From contig NW_024704786.1 in assembly GCF_018977255.1 (NCBI RefSeq), positions 248,001 through 312,000 of the forward strand: a DNA stretch of 64,000 bases. The letters are read 5' to 3'. Shown here piece after piece: positions 52,898 through 64,000 of this stretch (the stretch's first letter is position 1; every line of letters begins with the position of its first letter). This DNA comes from Callorhinchus milii. Lineage: Eukaryota. Both the position numbers and the translations under genes were made by a program. The notes beneath the pieces are model-generated. The model did not search any database. It was not told the DNA's origin and saw only the letters and a program-made list of their open reading frames with translations.

Positions 52898-55800
52898 CTA
52901 ACGAAGGTCACTTTCCTCGCCCTGGATAGTCTTCTTGATGCGAAGCAGCATTGTGGTCAACCACTGATCTAACCTCGAGATCGAGTCATATTCCTTTACC
53001 TACGGAGCAGAGAGAGAGAGAGAGAGAGTGTTACGTGTTGGAGATCGGTTCGGGGATTCAGTGGAGTCTCTCCCTGTAGCTCACGGGTTAGACCCCTCGC
53101 CTCGCACCCCACAGCCCCTGTAGCTCAGGGGTTAGACCCCTCGCCTCGCACCCCACAGCCCCTGTAGCTCACGGGTTAGACCCCTCGCCTCGCACCCCAC
53201 AGCCCCTGTAGCTCAGGGGTTAGACCCCTCGCCTCGCACCCCACAGCCCCTGTAGCTCAGGGGTTAGACCCCTCGCCTCGCACCCCACAGCCCCTGTAGC
53301 TCAGGGGTTAGACCCCTCGCCTCGCACCCCACAGCCCCTGTAGCTCAGGGGTTAGACCCCTCGCCTCGCACCCCACAGCCCCTGTAGCTCAGGGGTTAGA
53401 CCCCTCGCCTCGCAAGCCAGAGGACCTGGGTTCGATTCCCGGGTGGGACAGGTCAGGGCAAAACCTTAGGCAAGTTTCCTTACTCACAAACCCAGGTCTC
53501 TCGCTTGCGGGGCGAGCGCTCTAACCACTGAGCTTCAGGGACTCCACTATATAATATATATATAAAACTTATATTAAATGTAAGGATTATTATTACGATT
53601 ATGATTATAAGAAGCCCGGTCTGACTGATTGGCAAACCCTGGTACGTACAGCATCGGTGTAGCCTTCCACGTTTTGCTCCTCACAGGCATCGAGCAGCTT
53701 CTTGACCAGTTTGCACTCTCTGGAGTCAGAGAAAGCCGGAAACATTTCCTCGTATTTTGACACAGCAAACTGAGGAGAAAGCGACGGAACGCTTAACACA
53801 ACAGCAACAACAAAATTACATTTGTATAGCGTCTGTCACGCCGGGAGGACATCCCGGTTGGTTATTTTCCGGGGGTAAAAATAATCCCTTCAAAAAACAA
53901 TAATAATAATAATTCAGTCACTTCAGCCCATGGAGGGCGGGCGGCAAAATGGCGACAACGGTTATTTGTTTGTGGCGCAGTCTCACCTTGGCGTTCAACA
54001 TGTCCACACAGAAGTGGCAGAGGGAAGCTTTGAAGAAGTATTCCTTGGCACTGTACTTCAGTAAAGGGCTGTCCATCGCACTGGTGCCAACCTACAGGTT
54101 ACAGAGACACCGGGCTCACAACAACCACCACTTACATTTACACGGGGCCTTTCACGTTGAGAGGATGTCCCAAGGCGCTGGACAATCAGGGATCAGCACC
54201 CGAGCTGGGGGGGGGTTGAGGGGTAGGAGAGTGACTGAAGGCGCGGGCGAAGAGGAGGGTCTTGAGACAGGCCTTGAAGGAGGCGAGGGAGTGAGGGGGT
54301 GAAGTGGAGGGACTGTGAGATGGAGTTCCACAGGGTGAGGGGGTCTGATAGTGGGGCGAGCGAGGCGGGGGAGGTGGAGCAGGCTGGAGCCCGCTGAGCG
54401 TAGGTCAATAACACACCGCTGGGTGCAACTGGCTGTCGTGTTTCGCCCACAAACTACACAGTCACTGCACTCGACAGCGTGTCCCGTGAAGCGCTTTGAG
54501 ACGTCTCGATGACGTGATGAGGCGCCAGGTCAAACCCCGGGATTATTGTTATTATTATTATTATGATCCTTTCGCTCACTTGTTCGTAGATTTCGATGGC
54601 TTTGGGATACTGTTCGAGCTGGGCGGCATACGTAGCCACTTTCAGCAAACACTTGTTGGCGGAGCTGCGGAGAAAAGCAAAAGGTTACTGAAGAGACGAG
54701 TTTATTCGGGTCAGGTCAGCTCTCACGGGGGAACGGGATACACGGAGACTCGGAATCACACACCAGGGACACAAAACCCTCTGTCTCTTCAGGACCCAAA
54801 CCTATCCGCTCCGCTCGGACACCCCCACGCCCCCACACAGGTAAAGTAAAGCGACACCAACCTGTTAGACTCCTCTCCTTTGTAGTAATCGGCTGCTTGT
54901 TCGTAATGAGCGATCGCCTGGAAGTTCATGAGAAATCGGGACAAGTCAAAGGTTACACGTTCAACCTCCCCACCCCCCCCCACCGCCACCCCCAAGCTAG
55001 CACTCCCCAGTTTACAGCAAGGATTAATAATAATAATAATAATCCTTGTATTTGATATAGCGCCTGATTATGTCTACTGTTTAAATGAGAGCTTTAGTAA
55101 GCGCCAGTCCCAAGACGTACCTTCTCCACATCCACCAACTCTGTCTCGTAGATCTCCGCGATCGATATATGATGCTTTGCCGCTATTGTAAACCGGCCCT
55201 GGAGACAACAGGGAGGGGTCGGAGACACACAGGAGCTTAGACTGACTGCAACACCTTATAGCAGGCAAAATTGAACTGTATATTAATAATAATCCTGGCA
55301 TTTGCCGCAGGGCTTCATCACGTCGTCGAGACGTCTCAATGCGCTTCGTGGGATACACCGTAAAGCGTAGGGACTGTGTATTTTGCGGGCGAAATGCGGC
55401 AGCTAATTGCGCCCAGCACTCCAAAATGCAGGTAAGAAGCATGCGTCCATCTAGGGAGAGACAGAGAGAGAGCGCATTCCATCCAGACAATCTCTCTCTG
55501 GGGTTTCCAGGTGTGGGGGGGATGTGGGGAATTCTCACTTGGGTTTGGAGACTCTTAAGCAACGTGTCAGACACCCGGCTGATCATGGTGACGGGTTTCC
55601 GTGTGGGTCAGACCCCCACAAGGGGCTGACCCCCAAAAAACACCAAATAAATAAGATGAAGGATAACAATTTGAATACTGAGTACAATTTCTGCAGTTGA
55701 GAATTCATCGTCTTACCATGTCTGTGTAAATCTCTATAGCCCTGTTCAAACAATTAATGGCCTCTGAAACAAGGAAACACAAGTTAGAATGCATAGTAGG

Positions 55801-58800
55801 GTTTAACAGCACAGTTAAGTATAATAATAATAATAATGATAATCCTCGCATTTGATACAGCGCCTTATCGCGTCTTCGAGACGATTCATAGCGCTTCCCA
55901 GGATAGGGGAGTAAGAAAACTTGCCTAAGGTTTCGCCCTGACCTGACCCGCCAGGGAATTCAACCCGGGTCCTCTGGCTTGCGAGGAGAGTGCTCTAAAT
56001 CACCACCACCAGCAACAACTTGCATTTTTATAGCTCACGTAAAGTGGGGTAACTTCCCGATCTGCTACGCTACGGAAACATTTTTTCCGACCTCATGACC
56101 ATCCGGAGGATCCAGAGGGAACGAACGCAAGGCCGGAGGGAATTAAGAGCAAAAAGAGAAACACGTTACCCTGAGGATCGGACTTCTTGAAGGCATTCCC
56201 TGCGTCCACAAAATTGGTGGCTGCATCGTGTTTGCTCTGTAGCTGGAGGTGAAGCCTGGCGGCCTGACAGAAGGCATTGCCTGCAGCTAAAAGTCGCAAA
56301 GAGACATTAGGTGAGCCTGATACTGTCAACAACAACAACAAATTACATGTGTATCGCGCCCTTCACGTTGGTAAGATGTGCCAAGGCGATGGACAGTCAG
56401 GAGTTTTGGACCCGAACTGGGGCTTGGGGTCAGGAGCGGTGGAGGGGAGTGGGAGAGTGTTCGAAGGCATGGTTGAAGGAGGGTCTTGAGACGTGTCTTG
56501 AAGGAGGTGAGGGAGGGGGTGAGGCAGAGGGACTGTGGGATGGAGTTCCAGAGGGTGGGGGCAGAGTGGCAGAAGACTGCCTGCCAATAGTGGGGCGAGC
56601 GAGGCAGGGGACGTAGAGCAGGCTGGAGCCCGCTGAGCAGAGGGAGCGGGCCGGGTGGTAGGGGGTTAGGAGGTGGCAGAGGTCGGGGGGAGCAAGACCA
56701 TGGAGGGCTTTGAAGGTGAGGACCAGGATCTTGAACTGCATCCTCTGTGTGATGGGGAGACAGTAGAGTCGGGCGAGGATGGGGGTGATGGGGTCGGGGA
56801 GCCTGGTGCGGGGAGAGGACACGGGCTGCAGAGTTAGTTCTGGAGGATCCGCAGCCCGTGGAGGGAGGAGTTGGGTGCGAGTCACACTCAGTTTGTGAAG
56901 GGCAGCACGACTGGCGAGATGAAGCCGGGCCGGGCTGACTCTCTCTGCACTTACCACTCCAGTTTTTGGCCATTTTGAACATGTTGCCCGCTCTGCAATA
57001 CATCTCGCACGCTTCCTCCACCTTAGACGATCCCCTGAGACGGAGACGAAGCCAGATGTTGAAGCAGCTCAACTTTTAATGACGCATTACAATAATAATA
57101 ATCATTGCATTTGATGCAGCGACTTCTTTGAGAAGTCTCAAAGCGCTTCACAGAATATACTGTAAAGTTAACTGACTGTCTATTTTGTGGGCGAAACGCG
57201 GCAGCCAATTGCACACAGCAGCGTCCCCCACAAACAGTCGTTTATACCAACAAGTCATTATTATTAATAATAATAATACTCATTGTGGATTCCTGTAGCA
57301 CAATGGTTAGAGCAACGACGACAACAAATTACACGTGTATAGCCCCCTTCACGTGAGAAAGACTGAAGGCGCGGTTGATCGAAGAGGAGGCTCTTTAGAC
57401 GGATCTTGAAGGAGGCGAGGGAGGGGGCGAGGCGGAGGGACTGCGGGATGGAGTTCCAGAGGGTGGGGGCAGAGTGGCAGAAGGCCCTCCCACCTATGGT
57501 GGGGCGGGCAAAGCGGGGGACGTGAAGCAGGTACAGAGCCCGCTGAGCGGAGGGGGTTAGGAGGTCGCAGAGGTGGGGGGGGGGTGGAGCAAGGCCATGG
57601 AGAGCTTTGAAGGACTCGGCAGGAATAAATGATTGATGGTCAGCAATGTTTGCACTGATTGTGCTGCGTAAGCATTGCCTAATCGGCTGTTGCACCACTT
57701 CTTCGTTGAACACTGCAGCTGCAGATTGAACTCCCAACAGTGGAGACTGTTCATTGTGAAGTGAATCTGCCGTCCGCACAACTCAGGCACTCCCTTTGCT
57801 TCCGTTTGCAATCATATCAGGCGAAGCCTGGCTGAGTGGGTGGGGAGAGTCACGCGGCAGAGTCAGCCGCTCGTGCCCCAAACCCCAATGTCTTTGAACT
57901 GCGGTCACTCAACCCACGACGGTTCACGGGACGCTGCTGTGCGCAACTGGCTGCCGCGTTGCGCCCACGAAATACACAGTCACTACACTTTACAGTATAT
58001 CCTGCGAAGCGCTCTGAGACGTCTAGAAGACGTGACAAGACGCTAACGAGGATTATTGTTATTACAATAATTGTTTCTGCAAGTCACGAATAGCGACACA
58101 CACCCAACGCTTTACAGCAACACGAGGGAGGGCTCTGAAAGATAATAATAATCCTTGCATTTGATATAGCGCTTTTCACGTCGAGAGGACGTCCCAAAGC
58201 GCTTCACAGAACACACTGTAAAGTGAATTGACTGTATATTTGTGGGCGAACGCGGCAGCCAATTGCGCACTGCAATGTCCCACAGACAGTCGTGGGTTGA
58301 AAATGACCAATTTATTATTGTTTTGTTTTTTTGGAGGGAATATTATTAGGCTCTGTGTGGAGGAGAGAGAGGAGGGGGGAGAGAGAGGGGGGGGAGAGAG
58401 AGAGGGGGGAGAGGGGGGGAGAGAGAGGGAGGGGAGGGGGGGGAGAGGGGGGGGAGAGAGAGGGAGGGGAGAGGGGGGAGAGAGAGGGGGGGGAGAGAGA
58501 GGGATGGGGGAGGAGGGAGGGGAGAGAGGGAGGGGGGGGGAGGAGAGAGAGGGAGGGGGAGAGAGGGTGGGGATGAGAGTGGGGGGGGAGAGGCAGTGGA
58601 GCCTGGCGAGGGCTGGGGGGGGGCGGTTAGTGGGGGTGAGAGGGGGTGTGGTCTGAGTGCAGAGGGGGTGTGGCCTCGGTCTCGCTGGCCCGCCCCCTCC
58701 CTCCCTCCCTCCCTCCCTGCCCCTCTCTCGCTCTCCCTCTCTCGCTCTCTCTCACCCGAACAGGAAGCTGAAGACATTCCTGGACGAGCTGAGCTTCTTC

Positions 58801-58853
58801 TCGGCGTCGGCCATGAGCCGCGTGGCCTCCTTCTCCTTGGCCGAGGTGTCCAT
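52898..58853 (-). CDS. NAPA: Alpha-soluble NSF attachment protein (295 aa), 10 coding exons
   Basis: Exons 58853-58756 (98), 57034-56955 (80), 56286-56170 (117), 55763-55717 (47), 55198-55121 (78), 54917-54862 (56), 54664-54580 (85), 54091-53987 (105), 53769-53650 (120), 52999-52898 (102) total 888 bp. [10 protein letters not shown]...[24 protein letters not shown]. Adjacent to KPTN as in human. Confidence 0.95.
56340..56860 (-). mobile_element. LINE2 3' fragment (ORF2 C-terminus + 3'UTR)
   Basis: Translates [35 protein letters not shown], typical of the L2 RT C-terminus. Related fragments at 15870-16200, 19030-19290, 20545-20870, 39700-39900, 57310-57610. Confidence 0.8.
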
Positions 58854-59349
58854 GGCGGCGGCGGCGGCGGCGGCGACACAACACCAACACACAACACCGC
58901 TCGACCCCTTCACTTCCGCTGACTGCCACCACCACTTCCGGTTGAAGCCGCCGCGGACGTCACCCGCCCGTCCCACCTCGTGACCTCCTCCCCCCCCGCC
59001 GCTCCGCCCCACTAGCACGTGACATCACCCCCTTGCCACGTGACCAGAGTGGGGACCCGCCCGAGTCCGTCCCACAGCGGCGGCGGCAAACGCAACTCAC
59101 TTCCGCAGGCGGTGGTGACCGCTTCCGGTTGAAGCCGCCGCGGGCCCACATCCGCCACCGCCACGTGACGCCAAATGAGCGCCCTCCCAGGTGAACCCGC
59201 CACCCCCTCCCATACACACGTGACGCCGCTCGCTCCTCCCCTCCCCCACACACACACACACACGCCCCACCCACCGCTCCTCGCACGTGATCAGAGCGGC
59301 GCCGACCTCGAGCGCACTGCGCAGGCGCGGGAGGTGAAAGGTCGCCAAC
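58854..59349. promoter_or_regulatory. Bidirectional CpG-island promoter NAPA/SARS2
   Basis: Divergent ATGs 497 bp apart; five CACGTG E-boxes, ETS CTTCCGG motifs, GC boxes. Confidence 0.8.
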
Positions 59350-62300
59350 ATGGCGGCGCGCCGCTGCTGCCGCCGCTGGGCGCCGCTCTTGCTGCCGCCC
59401 TCGGTCCGCCCGGCGGCTTCCCTCGGGCCCGGCGGCCGCCCGCGGGTGGCCGGGCTCGCGGGGCGCGCTCACTGCGCCCGGAGCAGCCTGTACGAGCACG
59501 TGCGGGGCGGTTACTCGGCGCGGCCGGCCCTGGACATGGAGCACGTCTGCGCGCGCACCGACGCCGCCGTGGCCAACGTGGAGAGCCGCAAGGGGGAGCT
59601 GAGCGGCCGGGACCTGCGCGACGTGGTGGGTCAAGCGGCGGCCCGCGGGCCGCACCCGGCCCGCCGCGGCAAAGCTTGAGTTTGGGTGGCGCCCGCCATC
59701 AGGCGGTGGGTGGCGTCGCCGGCGGGGGGGGCGCCTGACAGTGGCGGAGTCCGACCCTGAGCCACGGGGTGGGGGGCGGGGAGGGAGAGGAGGGAGGGGG
59801 TGACCGTGAGCGCCGTCGAAAAATGTAAGGGCTTCAGGGCGGGATTTGAACGTGTTGTGCTCGTGCGGCGCTGTTCTCCCTCGAGGTGTCCCGGCCGACA
59901 ATTCCCCCACTCCGCCCCCCCCCCAAATAAGGTCAGTCGCTCCACAACCGTCTGTGGGGGACGTCGTTGGGCGCGATCGGCTGCCGCCTTTCGCCCACAA
60001 AATACACGGTCGCTAACACTGTGCGGCGTGTCCCGTGAAGCGCTCTGAGACGTCTGGAAGACGCTGTGTGTCGAATAACGACGACGGCAAACGCTCTGTC
60101 TCTGACAGGTGGTCACATGGGAACAGCTGCGGGAAGTCAGACAGAAGATAGAGACGTTGGAGAAGGAAAAGCGAGAAATCAGCGATCGAATCAAAGCCCT
60201 TCTGGTCAGACCCCTCCCCCCTCGCACCCCACAGCCCCTGTAGCTCAGGGGTTAGACCCCTCCCCTCGCACCCCACAGCCCCTGTAGCTCAGGGGTTAGA
60301 CCCCTCCCCTCGCACCCCACAGCCCCTGTAGCTCAGGGGTTAGACCCCTCCTCCCCTCGCACCACACAGCCCCTGTACCCCAGGGCTGTTTGTGGGAACA
60401 TCGCTGGGCGCGATCGGCCGCCGCGTTTGGCCCCCAAAACACAACACACAGTCACCACACTTTACAGCGCGTCCTGCGAAGTGCGTCGAGACGTCTCGAA
60501 GACGTGACCGGGCGCCGGGATTATTATTACTGTTTTATTATTCCCAAACCTCCTTTGCAGCCGGAGTCTGGCCAGCGAGCACTGCCTTCGGTAAGTCACT
60601 TTCAAATCCCCTTCACGTCGGGTGTTGGGCAATCAGGGATTCAGGTCCGAGCCGGGGGTCGGGATCGGGAGGGGTGGAGGGTGGGGGTGGGAGGGTGACC
60701 GAAGGCACGGTTGAAGATAGGGAAGGTAAGCGGGATGCAGTTGCCCCTCGTAAAACTTTTTACTCTCTTCCCCCCCCTCCCCAACCCCCGCCCCCCCCCC
60801 GCCCCACGCTTCTTATTCAGCATCCCGAGTTCCTGAAGCTTCGCCAACGAGGGAAGGAAATACGTGAGGAGCTCAACGGGTTGTATCCGGAGGAGAGCCA
60901 GCTGGATGAACGCTTTTATCTGAAAGCCTTGAAGATCCCGAACCAAACTCACCCGAACGTGGTAAGGAAGTGATGGATAATAATAATAATAATAATCCTG
61001 GCGTTTGACCCGGCGCCTTATCATGTTTATGCTCCACGTGAGCCTCCTCCCGCCCTTCCTCAACTGAGCCTTCGAACAGAACCTTCTATTCCTTTCTCCC
61101 TCATGTACCTCTCCAGCTTCCCCTTAAATACATACATCTGTGCTATTTGCCTCAACTATTATTATTATTATTATTTTTTGAGAGATTTATTACGCCCCAG
61201 AAAAGTGATCTCCAAATCGACTAACAAGCGGGTTCCTACTGACTGCCGGTTAACAGAGGCGTGTGTGTGTGTGTGTGTCTGTGGAGTAAGGAAAGTTGCC
61301 TAAAGTTTCGCCCTGACCTGCTCGGTTGGGAATCGAACCTGTGTCCTCTGGCTAACGAGGCGAGGGGTCTAACCCCTGAGCTCCAGGGGCTGTGGGGTGC
61401 GAGGGGGGGGGTCTAACCCCTGAGCTACAGGGGCTGTGGGGTGCGAGGGGGGGGGTCTAACCCCTGAGCTACAGGAGCTGTGGGGTGCGAGGGGGGGGTC
61501 TAACCCCTGAGCTACAGGGGCTGTGGGGTGCGAGGGGAGGGGTCTAACCCCTGAGCTACAGGGGCTGTGGGGTGCGAGGGGAGGGGTCTAACCCCTGAGC
61601 TACAAATCCAATGTGTTGGTGATGATTTTGTCTTTGTTTCTCTTTGCAGCCGGTGGGTGATGAGAGTCAAGCTCGTGTTATGGAGGTGATAGGCGAGAAA
61701 CCAGGTGAGAAACCTCCCAGTTAGCTACAGAGAATCGTAGAACCTGACAGCACCGGAGGAGGCCATTCGGCCCATCGAGCCTGTGCTGGCTCTTTGGAGG
61801 AGCCACTAATTAGCCCCACTCCCCCCGCTCTTACCCCAACTAGTCCCCACTCCCCCCGCTTTTACCCCAACTAGTCCCCACTGCACTGGAGGGTCAGCCT
61901 ACCCTGTGAGGCCAAATTTGAGGCTTTTTCCTTTTTTGTCTTCCAGTGTTCAATTTTAATATCAAGGGCCATTTGGAGATTGGCGAAGACTTGGACATCA
62001 TCAGACAGAGGTGACAACCGCGAGCAATCCCTTCCCCCTAAGTGTTTGACTTGTATTAGACTGTAGGGAACGTAAGGAAAGATCTCAGCATTTTTTTATG
62101 ACCATTAAAAGCTATTAAGGGAAGTGTGGCCACCGCACAGGGCAGTAATAACCGCGATGATAACCCTCGCCTTTGCTACAGCGCTTTATCGTGTCTTCCA
62201 GACGTCTCAAAGCGCTTCACAGGGTACACTGTAAAGTGCAGTGACTGTGCATTTTGTGGGTGAAATCTGGCAAGCCAGTTGTGCCCAGCGATGTCCCCGC

Positions 62301-63615
62301 AAACGGCCGTGGATTGAGTGACCAAAGTTATTATTGCTGCTATTTTTTTAAGGGATTATTACCCCTGGAAAAGCGATTCCCCGAATCGACTAACACGCGG
62401 GTTCCTACTGACTGTCGGGAACGTGTTGGGAGGAGAGGGAATAATTCTGCTTCCAACTGCTCGTCTTTAGGTGAACAAATGGCAATCAGTCAAAGTGCCG
62501 CCAACGCCCTACATTAAGCGATTGGCTGCCTTTTCCCATCAAAGGCAAAGGCATGAATGTTGTATGAGCCTCTGTCGATAGACCAAAAATAACGGATGAG
62601 TTGCCCTCGGGCAGGACACCCGACGGGGCACTGCTCTGCGGGTGTGTTTGCGCGTGTGTGTGTGTGTGTGTGTGTATAAGTGTGCAAGGTAGCTGTGTGT
62701 GTGTGTATATGTACGAGGTGCGTGTAAGTTTGTGTGAGGTGTGTGTGTGTGTTTTCAGACACGTGTGTGTCGGCCTGTTACAGTATATGCACGCGGGGTG
62801 TGTGCTTGTAAGCTGCTGTGAGCGCATATGGCAGGGGTCTGTGTGCGTGTGTGCGTGCACACGGGCTGCGTGCAATTTTGTACATTTGTTTTCCATGGAA
62901 TCAGTAACACGTCAGCAAAAAATACCGGAAAGCTCATCCTCCCAATGAAAGATTTGAGCTTAACACAAGATTATCACAGGATTNNNNNNNNNNNNNNNNN
63001 NNNNNNNNNNNNNNNNNNNNNNNNNNNNNNNNNNNNNNNNNNNNNNNNNNNNNNNNNNNNNNNNNNNNNNNNNNNNNNNNNNNNNNNNNNNNNNNNNNNN
63101 NNNNNNNNNNNNNNNNNNNNNNNNNNNNNNNNNNNNNNNNNNNNNNNNNNNNNNNNNNNNNNNNNNNNNNNNNNNNNNNNNNNNNNNNNNNNNNNNNNNN
63201 NNNNNNNNNNNNNNNNNNNNNNNNNNNNNNNNNNNNNNNNNNNNNNNNNNNNNNNNNNNNNNNNNNNNNNNNNNNNNNNNNNNNNNNNNNNNNNNNNNNN
63301 NNNNNNNNNNCACTTCTTCCAATTATTTCTCAAGTTGTCGTGTGCTTTTAACACCAGAAAATAATCCGCTGGTTTAATAATAATAATAATGATAACAATC
63401 CCGGCGTTTGACCCGGCGCCTCATCACGTCTTCGAGACGTCCCAAAGCGCTTCGCGGGCCACGCCGTGCGGTGTAGTGACTGTGCATTTTGTTACTGTGT
63501 TGTTGCCAGGCGCTTGTCGCACATCTCCGGCCACAGGTCCTACTACCTGCGCGGAGCGGGCAGCGAGCTCCAGCTGGCTCTGGTGCAGTTCACGGTGCGG
63601 AAGCTTCTCGACAAG
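59350..63615 (+). CDS. SARS2: Mitochondrial seryl-tRNA synthetase, exons 1-7 (continues beyond window)
   Basis: Exons 59350-59625, 60109-60204, 60561-60590, 60821-60961, 61650-61704, 61947-62010, 63510-63615. Arg/Ala-rich presequence, [69 protein letters not shown]. Confidence 0.93.
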
Positions 63616-64000
63616 GTGAGCCGCGGTGACCAACCGGCCAAAACGGCCGACTTCCGGGGGTCAACCGTGCGCGACGAGGGACTGCGATCGGCTGACCTGG
63701 AAGTCATCCGTTCAGGGCAGACATTTTGCATTGTGCGGGCGATATTATAATAATAATAATAAATTCTAATAATCCTCGTGTTTGGTGCACCGCCTTCTCA
63801 CATCGCCAAGACACCTCGAAGCGCTTCACAGGATCCGCTGTAAAGTGTAGTGACTGTGTTTTGAGTGTATTTTGTGGGCTTTCCAATGAACAACAACAAC
63901 GACAGAAACTTGTACAGACCCCTCACGTTGGGAAAGCCGTCCAAGGTCGCTGGACAGTCCGGAGTTTTTGAACCCAAGCTGGGAGTTGGGGTCAGGAAGG

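Noticed and set aside
58960-60000. 346-aa minus-strand ORF
   Set aside because: GC-rich antisense shadow of SARS2 exon 1 and the CpG island; no recognisable domain.

Overview
Repeat-rich, intron-containing vertebrate genomic DNA with six N-gaps. The DeuSINE/L2/CR1 repeat content suggests a cartilaginous fish, probably a chimaera (inference). Splicing exons by hand gives eight genes: histone H3.3 (-), selenoprotein W with an in-frame Sec UGA and a SECIS hairpin (-; invisible to the ORF track), SIRT2 (+), an intronless INSM-family SNAG zinc-finger gene (-), RINL/RIN-family Rab5 GEF (+), KPTN (-), NAPA (-) and the first 7 exons of SARS2 (+). Most have human orthologues on 19q13. The most interesting observations are: a probable extra INSM paralogue and an extra H3.3 locus on this segment; a possible acidic N-terminal extension exon for SelW overlapping the SIRT2 5' end; RINL retaining an RA domain plus a coding minisatellite; minisatellites that duplicate KPTN splice signals; and SINEs with tandemly amplified 44-bp heads. 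Most long ORFs in the supplied track are low-complexity artefacts.
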